Shown here piece after piece: positions 49,000 to 58,816 of a stretch of DNA of 64,000 nt. Below the pieces are notes generated by a model. That model made no database searches. It saw only the letters and a program-made list of their open reading frames with translations, and was not told the DNA's origin. Both the position numbers and the translations under genes were made by a program. The stretch is from the NCBI GenBank assembly GCA_050251945.1, contig JBFWLW010000003.1, forward strand, positions 32,001-96,000. Direction: 5' to 3'. The stretch is from Deferribacterales bacterium. Its GTDB lineage: Bacteria; Chrysiogenota; Deferribacteres; Deferribacterales; Geovibrionaceae. How positions within the stretch are numbered: position 1 is the stretch's first letter; every line of letters starts with the position of its first letter.

Positions 49000-49145
49000 A
49001 AAAGGGAGTTCGCCATGCAAATGTACCCCATACACTGCATGGAAAACTCCCGTATCCAACGATAACCAAGAGGTCCCTGATCTTTGGTATTTATGTCGGC
49101 TGTCTGCAAGCGTTATATCGTTGCATATATAACGCTTTCTAATAA
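49000..49145 (-). ncRNA. Candidate three-hairpin structured RNA or leader ending in a terminator
   Basis: Stems at 49108-49137, 49056-49099 and 49004-49051. G-U pairs and a U-tract favour the minus strand. Confidence 0.4.
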
Positions 49146-49317
49146 TCTTCTAATTTACAATAAGTAAAGGGTCAAGAAGTATTTTTGGTCAAAAAACGAA
49201 AAAACAGCGGTTACGTTTAAAACATGCTGGAAATAAAATAAAAAAATTTATTATGCAATCACGGGCAAATAACATGAGCGGACAGAGGCAACAGAACCTC
49301 TGTCCGTTTTATTACAA

Positions 49318-49719
49318 TTAATGCGTATGAACTCCTGCAATTATCTCCGTGAGTGCGTCGGCTGTTATAACCCCGTAATTCTGTGCGCCGACCTTTCCGT
49401 CGGCATCGACAATAACATATCCCGCTGATGCAGCCATATTATAAGCTTCAGCGGATTTGATATTTTCGTTGAGGTCAAAGGTCTTAAGCACAACCTTTGT
49501 AGGAGCTTTAACGTTAAATATACCTGCCGCTTCCTCTGCGGATTTCGCCTGAGATCCGTCTGTCACAAACTGCACGACCGGTATCATACCAGACTTTTTC
49601 TGTTCGGATATGAAGCGGTTCACGGGCATTCTGGATTCAACAACGTAAGGCCATGTGCTGACAAGAACCATGGCGACGATAAACACAATAAACACCGGAA
49701 TCATCTTTTTGTTCATCAT
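49318..49719 (-). CDS. Hypothetical membrane-anchored protein (possible thioredoxin-like fold without CxxC)
   Basis: N-terminal TM and YVIVDADGKV motif. RBS GGAG before ATG 49719/49716. Confidence 0.55.
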   Translation of the reverse strand: MMNKKMIPVFIVFIVAMVLVSTWPYVVESRMPVNRFISEQKKSGMIPVVQFVTDGSQAKSAEEAAGIFNVKAPTKVVLKTFDLNENIKSAEAYNMAASAGYVIVDADGKVGAQNYGVITADALTEIIAGVHTH

Positions 49720-49852
49720 AACTCTCCGAATAAATTGATTGGCAGGCGGAATACAAAAGTATCCGCAACCCTGCGGTCTGTAAAAAACGACCTCTTTATG
49801 CCATGAAAAGTTCATAATAACATGAAAATGCTGTAAAGCGCCACATTATCGG

Positions 49853-49881
49853 TTGAAGCCTCAATCAAACAATGCTAGCAT
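49853..49881 (+). promoter_or_regulatory. sigma70 promoter of the cit operon
   Basis: TTGAAG-17 bp-TAGCAT with an extended TG. Confidence 0.5.
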
Positions 49882-49992
49882 TTGTCTCTACTGTGCATAT
49901 ATTGGAGGCATAAAATCCGAAAAACACGGATTTTATGAAATACGCATAGGCAGGCACGGGATTTCGTGTCTTCCGCAATAATCTGGTGAAAA

Positions 49993-51003
49993 ATGATTAG
50001 TTATCTGCTGACAGACAGCCGGATAAAAGAAGCCAGAGAACTGCTGATTGATTCAGGTCTTGAATTTGACCCTAATTTCGACATCTTTCTCGGATATTTT
50101 GAGGCAGGAAAGCTTATCGCCGTGGGAGCGAGGCACAGGAATGTCCTGAAAATGGTAGCTGTCGTTTCAGAACACAGAGACACCGGAATTTTTGCCGAGA
50201 TGATCAGCGCTCTGGTCAAAGACGCATATCAGGCTGGATACGAACACACCTTTGTATTCACAAAGCCTGAGTATTCGCAAAGCTTCCAATATCTGAACTT
50301 CAGGTCGCTGGCGCAAACCGATGACGTCGCCGTTCTGGAATACGGATACAGTATTCAGGATTATCTGAACAAATGGAAAAGCATCGTCCGAACAGGGGAA
50401 AACAGCGGGATAGTGATGAACTGCAACCCGTTCACCTTCGGACACCGCTATCTTATAGAAACCGCAGCCGCACAATCGGAAAACGTTTATGTCTTCGTTG
50501 TGGAAGAGGATTCATCTCTCATTCCGTTCAGGGTGCGCCTCGAACTCGTCAAAAAAGGCACCGAAGACCTCGGAAACGTCCATGTGCTTTCAACAGGACC
50601 CTACGCTGTGAGCCGTATAACATTTCCGTCCTACTTCCTTAAAGATGCCGAAAAGGTTACACAGCAGCAGCTTAAGCTTGATCTGTCCATTTTCTGCGGA
50701 CACATTGCCCCTGCGTTCGGCATCAAAAAGCGCTTCGCCGGACAGGAACCTGTGTGCAGACTGACGGCGATGTACAACGACGCGATGAGAAAAACTCTGC
50801 CCGGATACGGCATTGAATTCGTCGAAATTGAACGCAAGACCGCCGGAGGGCGCATCATAAGCGCATCGTCGGTGCGGGAGATGCTTCTCGGCGGAGATAC
50901 TGAAAAATTGCGGGAAATGGTTCCCGAGGCTACATATAAATATCTGACAGAAAACACGGGCGTGCTTGCCAGCAAGAACGCGACCCCTGTTCTCAACTCA
51001 TAG
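49993..51003 (+). CDS. citC: [Citrate (pro-3S)-lyase] ligase
   Basis: VMNCNPFTFGHRYL, FPSYFLK, ISASSVR. Confidence 0.95.
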   Translation: MISYLLTDSRIKEARELLIDSGLEFDPNFDIFLGYFEAGKLIAVGARHRNVLKMVAVVSEHRDTGIFAEMISALVKDAYQAGYEHTFVFTKPEYSQSFQYLNFRSLAQTDDVAVLEYGYSIQDYLNKWKSIVRTGENSGIVMNCNPFTFGHRYLIETAAAQSENVYVFVVEEDSSLIPFRVRLELVKKGTEDLGNVHVLSTGPYAVSRITFPSYFLKDAEKVTQQQLKLDLSIFCGHIAPAFGIKKRFAGQEPVCRLTAMYNDAMRKTLPGYGIEFVEIERKTAGGRIISASSVREMLLGGDTEKLREMVPEATYKYLTENTGVLASKNATPVLNS

Positions 51004-51010
51004 GTGCTTT

Positions 51011-51274
51011 ATGAAGATAATTAAAAAGGCGCAGGCAGGGACAATGCAGTCCAGCGACCTGATGGTGTTCACGGAGCCTTCGGACGGTCTTGAGATCGTC
51101 ATAGACTCAACAGTTGCAAAGCAGTACGGACACCTTATCCGCGCAAAGGTGGAAGAGGTGCTTGATCGTATGGAGGTCACACACGGAACCATACGTATAA
51201 AAGACAGAGGCGCTCTGGACTACGCCATCGACGCAAGGGTGCAGACGGCGGTTCTGCGCTCGCAGGAGGCATGA
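51011..51274 (+). CDS. citD: Citrate lyase acyl carrier protein (gamma subunit)
   Basis: AQAGTMQSSD, KQYG, DRGALD. Confidence 0.93.
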   Translation: MKIIKKAQAGTMQSSDLMVFTEPSDGLEIVIDSTVAKQYGHLIRAKVEEVLDRMEVTHGTIRIKDRGALDYAIDARVQTAVLRSQEA

Positions 51275-51275
51275 C

Positions 51276-51743
51276 ATGCAGGGATTGTGGTACAAAGAGG
51301 CAAAGACCGACCGCAGTTTCATGGTTAAGATACTGCCCGGCGAATCCATCGTCGAAAAACTCACAGACGCTGTCAAAGAACTGGATATACAGCACTGCGT
51401 GATAGTTTCGGCCGTGGGTTCCGTGACAGACGTTAAGTTCCGCGGCATAAAAACCGGCGCAAAACTGCCAATCACAAAACCCAGAATGACCATCCACGAA
51501 ATAGAGTATCCCATGGAGCTTCTTGGACTGAACGGAAATATCTTTCCCGATGAGAACGGCGAACCCGACTGCCACCTTCACATACAGATGTCCCGCTCGT
51601 CCGGAGAGGTTCTCGGCGGTCACCTTTTCAACGCAAAGGTGTTCGCTTCATGCGAGATAATGATAACCGAGCTTTCCGCAATGGGCATTGAGCGCCACGT
51701 TTCAAAATCTGCGGGAACACCCACCATCTTCATAGAGGAATGA
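51276..51743 (+). CDS. PPC/DUF296 domain protein
   Basis: SAVGSV, ELLGLNGNI, HLHI..GEVLGGHL. Confidence 0.85.
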   Translation: MQGLWYKEAKTDRSFMVKILPGESIVEKLTDAVKELDIQHCVIVSAVGSVTDVKFRGIKTGAKLPITKPRMTIHEIEYPMELLGLNGNIFPDENGEPDCHLHIQMSRSSGEVLGGHLFNAKVFASCEIMITELSAMGIERHVSKSAGTPTIFIEE

Positions 51744-51744
51744 C

Positions 51745-52668
51745 ATGGAAGAAACATTATCAATAAGAAGGTCTCTGCTGTATGTACCGGGCAACATGCC
51801 CTCCATGCTCCAGAACATACCGATATTCAACTGCGACGCCGTTTTCATAGACCTTGAGGACGCAGTTCCCATGAACGAAAAAGACGCAGCGCGTCTGCTT
51901 GTGACTTCATTTATCCAGTCATATAAGAATCGTAACAAAGAGGTGTTCTTCCGTATGAACGCGTTGGACACAGAGTGGGGATACGACGACCTTCTCGCCG
52001 TGCTTCCGGCATTGCCCGACGGCGTGCGTCTGCCCAAAGCGGACACACCGGAGATCGTCGAAAGGCTTGACACCTTTCTTACAGAATGTGAGGAGAATCT
52101 GGGACTTGAGATAGGCAGATTCAAAATAATCCCCTCAATAGAAAGCGCGCTGGGAGTTATAAACTGTATCAAAACTGCAAGATGCTCCTCACGGGTCATA
52201 GCTCTTGCATTCGGAGCGGAGGATTACACCACCAGCATGGGCATCGAACGTACGAAAACCGGCGAAGAGCTGTTTCAGGCGCGCAACCGCGTCGTATGGG
52301 CGGCAAAAGCGGCGGGAATACAGGCTATTGACACCATATTCGCCGACGTTTCCGATGAGGAGAGCTTCACGCGCGAGGTCAGGCTTATAAAGGGTCTGGG
52401 CTTCACGGGCAAATCACTCATCAACCCCAGACAGATAGATATAGTCCATAAAATATTTGCACCCAGCAAAGACGAAATAGACTACGCGCTTGAGATAATC
52501 GAAGCCATAAAACTTGCACGCGGGATGGGTACCGGCGTTATCTCTCTCCGAGGCAAAATGATAGACGCGCCCATTGTTAAGCGTGCCGCAAGGGTGATAC
52601 GCACCGCGTCTTCCCTTGGACTTATAGACATAGAGATCAGCGACGAGGTGATACATGGTACAAAATAG
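51745..52668 (+). CDS. citE: Citrate lyase beta subunit (citryl-ACP lyase)
   Basis: RRSLLYVPG, DLEDAV..EK, IES, GAEDY, GKSLINPRQI. Confidence 0.95.
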   Translation: MEETLSIRRSLLYVPGNMPSMLQNIPIFNCDAVFIDLEDAVPMNEKDAARLLVTSFIQSYKNRNKEVFFRMNALDTEWGYDDLLAVLPALPDGVRLPKADTPEIVERLDTFLTECEENLGLEIGRFKIIPSIESALGVINCIKTARCSSRVIALAFGAEDYTTSMGIERTKTGEELFQARNRVVWAAKAAGIQAIDTIFADVSDEESFTREVRLIKGLGFTGKSLINPRQIDIVHKIFAPSKDEIDYALEIIEAIKLARGMGTGVISLRGKMIDAPIVKRAARVIRTASSLGLIDIEISDEVIHGTK

Positions 52669-54193
52669 TCTGGGACGTTTTATTCCCGAAATATACAACG
52701 GCAAAAAACGCATCCCGTATAAATCACCAAATACCATAATACCCGTCGGGCGGGAATATGCGCGCCCTGTTAAGTCTTTCCGCCCGGGCGATAAAAAACT
52801 CCTCGGCTCACTGCGCGAGGCTATAATCGCTTCCGGTTTGAAAGACGGAATGACAATATCCACCCACCACCACCTCCGCAACGGCGATTTTCTTCTGAAC
52901 GCCATCGTAAAGGAACTGGACGAACTGGGCATCGGAAATATCACCATCGCGTCAAGCTCAATCCACCCCGTACATGCGGAACTGATTCCCTATATCCGCA
53001 AAGGGGTGATAACCAGTTTTGAATGCGGCGTAAACGGTCTCATCGGAGAACTTGCCACCAAAGGAGAACTGGACATCCCCATCATCGTGCGCAGCCACGG
53101 CGGACGCGCCCGCTCCATGATGACAGGCGAGGTACAGGTGGACGTGGCGTTCATAGCGGCACCATGCTGCGACGAATACGGAAACATGAACGGATATTAC
53201 GGAAAATCAGCATGCGGAAGCCTCGGCTATTCCCATGTGGATGCGCGCTACGCCGACAAGGTTGTGGCAGTGACCGATAACCTCGTTCAGCACCCCGTCA
53301 GCCCCATTGCAATAGCTCAGACATGTGTGGACTACGTCGTTGCCGTTGAATCACTCGGCGATCCCGCAAAGATAGTCTCCACCACCACAAAAGTAACAAA
53401 AGACCCCATCGGGCTTATGATAGCTAAGAATACCGCGGACGTCATAGACGCTTCCGGACTTCTGAGAGACGGATTTTCATTCCAGACTGGTGCAGGCGGA
53501 ACGTCACTCGCAGTGGCAGAGAATGTCAGACGCAAGATGCTTGAGAAAAATATCAAAGGCTCTTTCGGATCCGGCGGCATAACGGGATATTTTGTCGAGA
53601 TGCTTAAAGAGGGGCTTTTCCACACCCTTATGGACGTGCAGTGTTTCGATCTGAACGCGGTGCAGTCCATCGGCGAAAACTTCAACCATCAGGAAATAAG
53701 CGCCGACCTCTATGCAAATCCATTCAACATGGGCTCCATAGTGAATATGCTTGACGTGGTGATACTTGGCGCAACAGAAATAGACGTTAATTTCAACGTG
53801 AACGTAAACACCGAATCCAACGGATACCTCCTCCACAACACAGGCGGACACACAGACACCGCGGCGGGTGCGAAGCTCTCCATTATAGTGGCGCCCTCCA
53901 TACGCGGCAGGCTGCCCATAATCATGGACGACGTTATAACAGTTACAACACCCGGCGAAAACATCGACATAATCGTCACTGAGCGGGGCATTGCCGTTAA
54001 CGAGAAGCACCCCGAACTTAAAAAAGAACTTCTGAAAGCGAAGCTGCCTGTCAAGAACATACAAGACATCAAAAAGGAGATAACCGACATAACCGGAATC
54101 CCCAGACCCGTGCAGTTCACCGACGAGATAGCGGCACTTATCGAATACAGGGACGGAAGCATTATAGATGCAGTACACAGAGTTAAAGAATAG
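52655..54193 (+). CDS. citF: Citrate lyase alpha subunit
   Basis: GMTISTHHHLRNGD, RSHGGR, CGSLGY, QTGAGG, EYRDG. Confidence 0.96.
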   Translation: MVQNSLGRFIPEIYNGKKRIPYKSPNTIIPVGREYARPVKSFRPGDKKLLGSLREAIIASGLKDGMTISTHHHLRNGDFLLNAIVKELDELGIGNITIASSSIHPVHAELIPYIRKGVITSFECGVNGLIGELATKGELDIPIIVRSHGGRARSMMTGEVQVDVAFIAAPCCDEYGNMNGYYGKSACGSLGYSHVDARYADKVVAVTDNLVQHPVSPIAIAQTCVDYVVAVESLGDPAKIVSTTTKVTKDPIGLMIAKNTADVIDASGLLRDGFSFQTGAGGTSLAVAENVRRKMLEKNIKGSFGSGGITGYFVEMLKEGLFHTLMDVQCFDLNAVQSIGENFNHQEISADLYANPFNMGSIVNMLDVVILGATEIDVNFNVNVNTESNGYLLHNTGGHTDTAAGAKLSIIVAPSIRGRLPIIMDDVITVTTPGENIDIIVTERGIAVNEKHPELKKELLKAKLPVKNIQDIKKEITDITGIPRPVQFTDEIAALIEYRDGSIIDAVHRVKE

Positions 54194-54689
54194 CATACTT
54201 AAAGCACGCCAGCAGAGGTGGGACAATCTAATGCATCTCACCCACACCTGCAAAAGCGGGTGTATAGTCACAATCGCAGGCAACGCCCCCGGCGCAATGA
54301 AAGATTCGCCTGCACTGCGCAAGCTGATAGCATACGCGGAAAAGGCTATGGTCAACAATGCGAAGGCGCTGACAATCGGTTCATACGGTGACGCGGCTGG
54401 CTATATAGTTTTCATGCGCACACAGATGAAAATGCAGGATGCAAAAACAACGGCGGTCTCCATCGAATCGAAACACGAATGGAACAGACTGCTGGACATA
54501 GATATTTACGGCAAAGGCGGCTCATCCGCAGACAGAAGGTCAATGGGGCTTGCGCCCCGCAGGTGCCTTCTGTGCGGCGAACCTGCCGCCGATTGCATAA
54601 GGACGCAAAGACATGATTATTGCGACATTTTCGCAGAAACGGAACGTCTTCTTAAAGGATTTCACAGGTTTTGCTCAGGCACTGACTGA
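54168..54689 (+). CDS. citX: Citrate lyase holo-ACP synthase
   Basis: NAPGAMK, RLLDIDI, RRCLLC..C.R..H. Confidence 0.85.
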   Translation: MQYTELKNSILKARQQRWDNLMHLTHTCKSGCIVTIAGNAPGAMKDSPALRKLIAYAEKAMVNNAKALTIGSYGDAAGYIVFMRTQMKMQDAKTTAVSIESKHEWNRLLDIDIYGKGGSSADRRSMGLAPRRCLLCGEPAADCIRTQRHDYCDIFAETERLLKGFHRFCSGTD

Positions 54690-55395
54690 CGGCGCCATAC
54701 AGGAACTTCTGCTCACGCCGAAACCCGGACTGGTGGACAGAGCCGACAGCGGTTCACACCCCGACCTGAGCTTTGAGATAATGGAGAAATCCGTGAACCT
54801 TCTGCCTGCCTATTATCAGGAACTCGGCGACTGCTGCCTGTCTGGCGGGCAGACATCACAACTGCGCACGGTGGCGCTTGCCGCAGAAAAGAGGATGCTC
54901 GACGCATGCGGAAGCAACACCCACAAGGGCTACATATTTCTGAGCGGGCTTGCACTCCTTGCGCATATCATGTACGAAGACGTGCGCACAGGCATAAAAG
55001 AGCTTTCTGCGGAATTCTTCAAAGGATATCTGCCTGATTCAAACGGATCTGAAGCGCGCAGGATGTACGGCACAGGCGGCATCATTAAAGAATGTATGAA
55101 CGGTCTTCCATCGGTGTTTGAAGCTGGCATACCGGCTCTCTCCGTTAGTCCCCATTACGCTCTCGCCTGCATCATGGAGCGTTCCGAGGATTCCACAAGC
55201 CTGCACAGATGCGGTCAGAGCGGACTGGAAACAGTGCATCGTGACGGAAAAACTCTCAAATCCCTCATTGAAAACGGGCAAAAAACAGAACAATGGCTCG
55301 ATTCCCGCAACGAATACTATAAAAGAATGAATCTCACTATGGGCGGATGCGCTGATCTTCTCGCGCTCTCCTTCGCTTTAATAAAAATTATCTGA
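54613..55395 (+). CDS. citG: Triphosphoribosyl-dephospho-CoA synthase; start uncertain
   Basis: TPKPGLVD..GSH.D, NTHKG, GGCADLLA. Confidence 0.9.
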   Translation: MIIATFSQKRNVFLKDFTGFAQALTDGAIQELLLTPKPGLVDRADSGSHPDLSFEIMEKSVNLLPAYYQELGDCCLSGGQTSQLRTVALAAEKRMLDACGSNTHKGYIFLSGLALLAHIMYEDVRTGIKELSAEFFKGYLPDSNGSEARRMYGTGGIIKECMNGLPSVFEAGIPALSVSPHYALACIMERSEDSTSLHRCGQSGLETVHRDGKTLKSLIENGQKTEQWLDSRNEYYKRMNLTMGGCADLLALSFALIKII

Positions 55396-55453
55396 TAATA
55401 TCTCTATTCCGCTATGTTTTCCTTTTTTTCCGCACCGGCATGACCTATACTAT

Positions 55454-55472
55454 GATTATGATAATAATTACA
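55454..55472 (+). promoter_or_regulatory. Fur/PerR-like box just downstream of a -10 element (TATACT)
   Basis: GATTATGATAATAATTACA is 15/19 to the Fur consensus. Its central 15-mer also resembles TTATAATnATTATAA. Confidence 0.5.
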
Positions 55473-55482
55473 GGAGGTACAT

Positions 55483-55836
55483 ATGCCTGATTTCGGGAAT
55501 TCGTTCAGCGGACTGCAAAACGACAGAAAACTGACAGACAAAGAACTTATCAGAGCGATAAGGTTCATGGTTGCCGCAGAGTATGAGGCTATCCAGCTTT
55601 ACGAGCAGCTTGCGGAATCCACAGACAACAAGCTGGCTCAGCAGGTACTCTTGGACATTGCGGATGAGGAAAAAGTGCATGCAGGTGAATTTCTGAGGCT
55701 GCTTAAAGCTTTGGCACCGGATGAAGAAGGCTTTTATCAGCAGGGTTATGCAGAGGTTGAAGAAGAATTTTTATCAGGTTCTGCGGAAACAGACCCTAAA
55801 GACGGCGGTCTGGGAATCGGAAGCCTGAAGAAATAA
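55483..55836 (+). CDS. Encapsulin cargo ferritin-like protein with C-terminal targeting peptide
   Basis: EYEAIQLY / DEEKVH di-iron motifs and C-terminal GGLGIGSLKK. Confidence 0.9.
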   Translation: MPDFGNSFSGLQNDRKLTDKELIRAIRFMVAAEYEAIQLYEQLAESTDNKLAQQVLLDIADEEKVHAGEFLRLLKALAPDEEGFYQQGYAEVEEEFLSGSAETDPKDGGLGIGSLKK

Positions 55837-55846
55837 GGAGAGATTT

Positions 55847-56641
55847 ATGAATTTCTTAAGAAAGGAATTCGCTCCTATAAGCGAAGAAGCATGGAAAGAG
55901 ATAAACAGACAGGCAAAAGACACTCTTATGGCTAACCTGTCTTCAAGAAAATTTGTAGATGTTGACGGACCCAAAGGGCTGGATTTTTCAGCAGTAAGCC
56001 TTGGAAGGCTGTTCCTGCCGAAAGCGCAGAAAGGAGCCGTTAAATACGGCATCAGCACTATCCTGCCGTTGATTGAGATAAGAACCCCGTTTTCCCTCGG
56101 GCTTTGGGAACTGGACAACATAGAGAGAGGCGCAAAGGACATTAACCTCGACCCGCTGACAGAAGCCGCAAAACAGACGGCGACTTTTGAAGAAACGGCT
56201 GTTTATCACGGATTCAAAGAGGGCGGGATATCAGGGATTAACCAACTTAATGTTCAGAAGGTTGCAATCTCACTTGATAAGGACAGCGTTACAGACGCGG
56301 TTACGGAAGCTTTGGCGATGATGCGCAAAGAAGGCGTGGCAGGCGGCGCAAACCTTGTGGTCAATCAGGAACTCTGGAAGTTCCTTGCGCACGTGTTTCC
56401 CGGCGGCACGCTGGGCGATACAATTAAAAACCAGATAGGCGGTTCCATTATCTATTCCGGTTTCGTTGACGGAGCGGTGCTCGTTTCCGCACGCGGAGGC
56501 GATGCAGAGCTTACGGTGGGACAGGATTTTGCCATCGGGTACACAAGCCACGATTCAGATAACATCAATCTGTTCGTGACCGAATCTTTCACTTTCAGGG
56601 TAGTCAACCCTGAAGGTTTTATCAGATTTGCAATTCAATAG
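55847..56641 (+). CDS. Family 1 encapsulin shell protein (linocin M18 / HK97 fold)
   Basis: LRKEFAPIS..AW..I, RKFVDVDGP.G, ELTVGQDFAIGY, ESFTFRV. 264 aa, following a cargo gene. Confidence 0.95.
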   Translation: MNFLRKEFAPISEEAWKEINRQAKDTLMANLSSRKFVDVDGPKGLDFSAVSLGRLFLPKAQKGAVKYGISTILPLIEIRTPFSLGLWELDNIERGAKDINLDPLTEAAKQTATFEETAVYHGFKEGGISGINQLNVQKVAISLDKDSVTDAVTEALAMMRKEGVAGGANLVVNQELWKFLAHVFPGGTLGDTIKNQIGGSIIYSGFVDGAVLVSARGGDAELTVGQDFAIGYTSHDSDNINLFVTESFTFRVVNPEGFIRFAIQ

Positions 56642-56647
56642 AAAAAT

Positions 56648-56685
56648 AAGACTGCCGCGCCGCAATGACGCGGCGGTCTTTTTTT
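56648..56685. terminator. Terminator between convergent genes
   Basis: AAGACTGCCGCG..CGCGGCGGTCTT followed by a T tract. Confidence 0.8.
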
Positions 56686-56696
56686 AATTCTGAAAC

Positions 56697-58607
56697 TTAT
56701 CTTATCTTAAATTGATTTATCGTACTTAAAAGCTCTTCCGCACTGTTATGCACCTGCCTTGCGAAGTCGGACACCTCGGCAAGTTCCGTGCTGTTCTCTT
56801 CGGCAATGCGGTTTATCTTCTCAACGTTTCTGGCTATCTCCGTTGTGGTGGCAGCCTGTTCTTCCGCTGCGGAAGCTATCTGGTTTATCATGTCTGTGGT
56901 GACGGACGTCTGCTCCATGATAAGCACGATGGATTTGCCGGCGGAATCGGCGGATTTCGTTCCTTCCTCAACCTGACCCACGCCGCTTTCAACCTTAACA
57001 ACCGCGCTTTTGGATTCGTTCTGGAGCATGGTTATCATATCGGATATCTCTTTTGTGGCGGACTGTGTGCGCTCGGCAAGCTTACGCACCTCGTCGGCAA
57101 CAACCGCGAAACCGCGTCCCGCCTCTCCGGCTCTCGCCGCTTCTATCGCCGCGTTGAGCGCCAGCAGGTTGGTCTGATCCGCAATATCGTTGATAACGTT
57201 TATGATATCCCCTATCTGAGAGGAAGATGCACCCAGTCTGGATATAACTTCCGAGGATTCCCTGACGTTCTTCGCTATCTGCTGCATCTTGGTAACCGTA
57301 TCCATAACGGAAGTTTTGCTGACCTGTGCGCTTGAAATTGTGGCGTTCGCCTGAACGGAAGTTTCGTTTGCGCTTTCGGCTATCTGACCGATGGTCTGGT
57401 TCATCTCTTCAACAGCCGTTGCAAGGCTGTTGGTCTCGTCTGTCTGGCTGCGCATACCGCCCGATATCTTGCCCACTGTGGTGGACAGTTCGGAGATATT
57501 CCCCGTCATATCGTTGGCAAGCTGAGCCACGGATTCCACTATGTTTTTCATGCGTCCGATGAATTTATTGAAAAGTTTTGCAACCTCTCCAAGCTCGTCG
57601 CTTCGGGACTGATCCAGCGTTTTCGTGAGATCCGCCTCGCCCTCCGCAATATGCCTGAGTCTGTCGATGAGATTGTCGATGGGTTTGAGCTGTCTTGTGA
57701 CAAGGATATAGAACAGGATGATACCTATAATCACAGGGATCAGCGATATCATTATCAGACTGTAGGCCTGCTTCCTTATCGGTGCGAATACAGTATCCTT
57801 GTCAACCATCATATAAGAAACCCAATTGAGTGATGGTATCTTTGTAAATGCAAGAAGCATATCCTTTCCGTCAACGGAACATTGTATTATGCCGCTCTCC
57901 TCGGATGCTATCCCGGTCATTACACCGGAAAGGGAGGGATCAAGCTCCGATATGTTCTTTTTAAGAACAAGTCCGCTGTCATCGTGAATGAGTATCTTTC
58001 CGTTGTTGTCTGTAACGAAAGGTCTGCCCGCCGTTCCCGCGCCGATATTCATAACTTTCTCTATTATGGATTTAAGAGGGATATCGGAACCAAGAACGCC
58101 GGAAAATCCGCCGTCTGCGTTGACCTGCTGAACTATCGAAACAACAAGCCCTCCGGTGATCATGTCTATATAGGGTTCGGTGAACTGAACGCCTCTGTTG
58201 TCTCTGGCAAGCTGATACCATGGTCTGGCTCTGGGGTCATAGTCGTCCGGAAGCTGAACCGGTTTCGACGGCCAGAATTTTCCGTCAACGTCCCCTCCGA
58301 AGTAAACAAGGTCGAATGCATTTGCATCCGCCACAAGTGCATAGTCCACTGTGTTCGCATCTGGATCGTCGTTGAAAGCGGCTCCTTTGGATTCAAGCCT
58401 TCTTGTTTCCGCCGAGATCGCATTCTTCTTTGCATCAGCCCAAAGGTCGATGAGAGAGGAGATCTCTCTGCTGGTATCCACCTGCTGATTTTCAATCATA
58501 TGGGTGGCGATGGTCTGGGTGTAGAAATAGGAACGGGCAACAAGGGTCGTCACGATGGCGAGAAACACAGCCAGTGCCGTGACAATAATTTTAAATTTCA
58601 AGCTCAT
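56697..58607 (-). CDS. Methyl-accepting chemotaxis protein (dCache-HAMP-MA)
   Basis: [12 protein letters not shown] dCache motif and the conserved MA signalling hairpin. Start placed at ATG 58607. Confidence 0.95.
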   Translation of the reverse strand: MSLKFKIIVTALAVFLAIVTTLVARSYFYTQTIATHMIENQQVDTSREISSLIDLWADAKKNAISAETRRLESKGAAFNDDPDANTVDYALVADANAFDLVYFGGDVDGKFWPSKPVQLPDDYDPRARPWYQLARDNRGVQFTEPYIDMITGGLVVSIVQQVNADGGFSGVLGSDIPLKSIIEKVMNIGAGTAGRPFVTDNNGKILIHDDSGLVLKKNISELDPSLSGVMTGIASEESGIIQCSVDGKDMLLAFTKIPSLNWVSYMMVDKDTVFAPIRKQAYSLIMISLIPVIIGIILFYILVTRQLKPIDNLIDRLRHIAEGEADLTKTLDQSRSDELGEVAKLFNKFIGRMKNIVESVAQLANDMTGNISELSTTVGKISGGMRSQTDETNSLATAVEEMNQTIGQIAESANETSVQANATISSAQVSKTSVMDTVTKMQQIAKNVRESSEVISRLGASSSQIGDIINVINDIADQTNLLALNAAIEAARAGEAGRGFAVVADEVRKLAERTQSATKEISDMITMLQNESKSAVVKVESGVGQVEEGTKSADSAGKSIVLIMEQTSVTTDMINQIASAAEEQAATTTEIARNVEKINRIAEENSTELAEVSDFARQVHNSAEELLSTINQFKIR

Positions 58608-58816
58608 AAATCTCTCCGGTGCGCGCGGCAAAAGATGCCGTATGCTTATAAGTCATTCCGCATTAAAAAGAAGACATTCTGTTGGTAAAAAAATAATAAT
58701 TAAATAAACAACCATGTATTACAATATTTTGATAAATATCATATCTAGCAGAGGGTTATAATAACATAGCCTATTTTGGATGTCAAACGGACATAATTAA
58801 TAATCATACGTTTAAA

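Noticed and set aside
49000..49140. c-di-GMP-I riboswitch before the HD-GYP gene
   Set aside because: The GEMM consensus (GGCAAAC..GNRA..GCAAA) is not visible. Kept only as an unknown structured RNA.
55847..56641. Prophage capsid or bacteriocin
   Set aside because: No phage genes are nearby, and the upstream cargo with a targeting peptide identifies an encapsulin.
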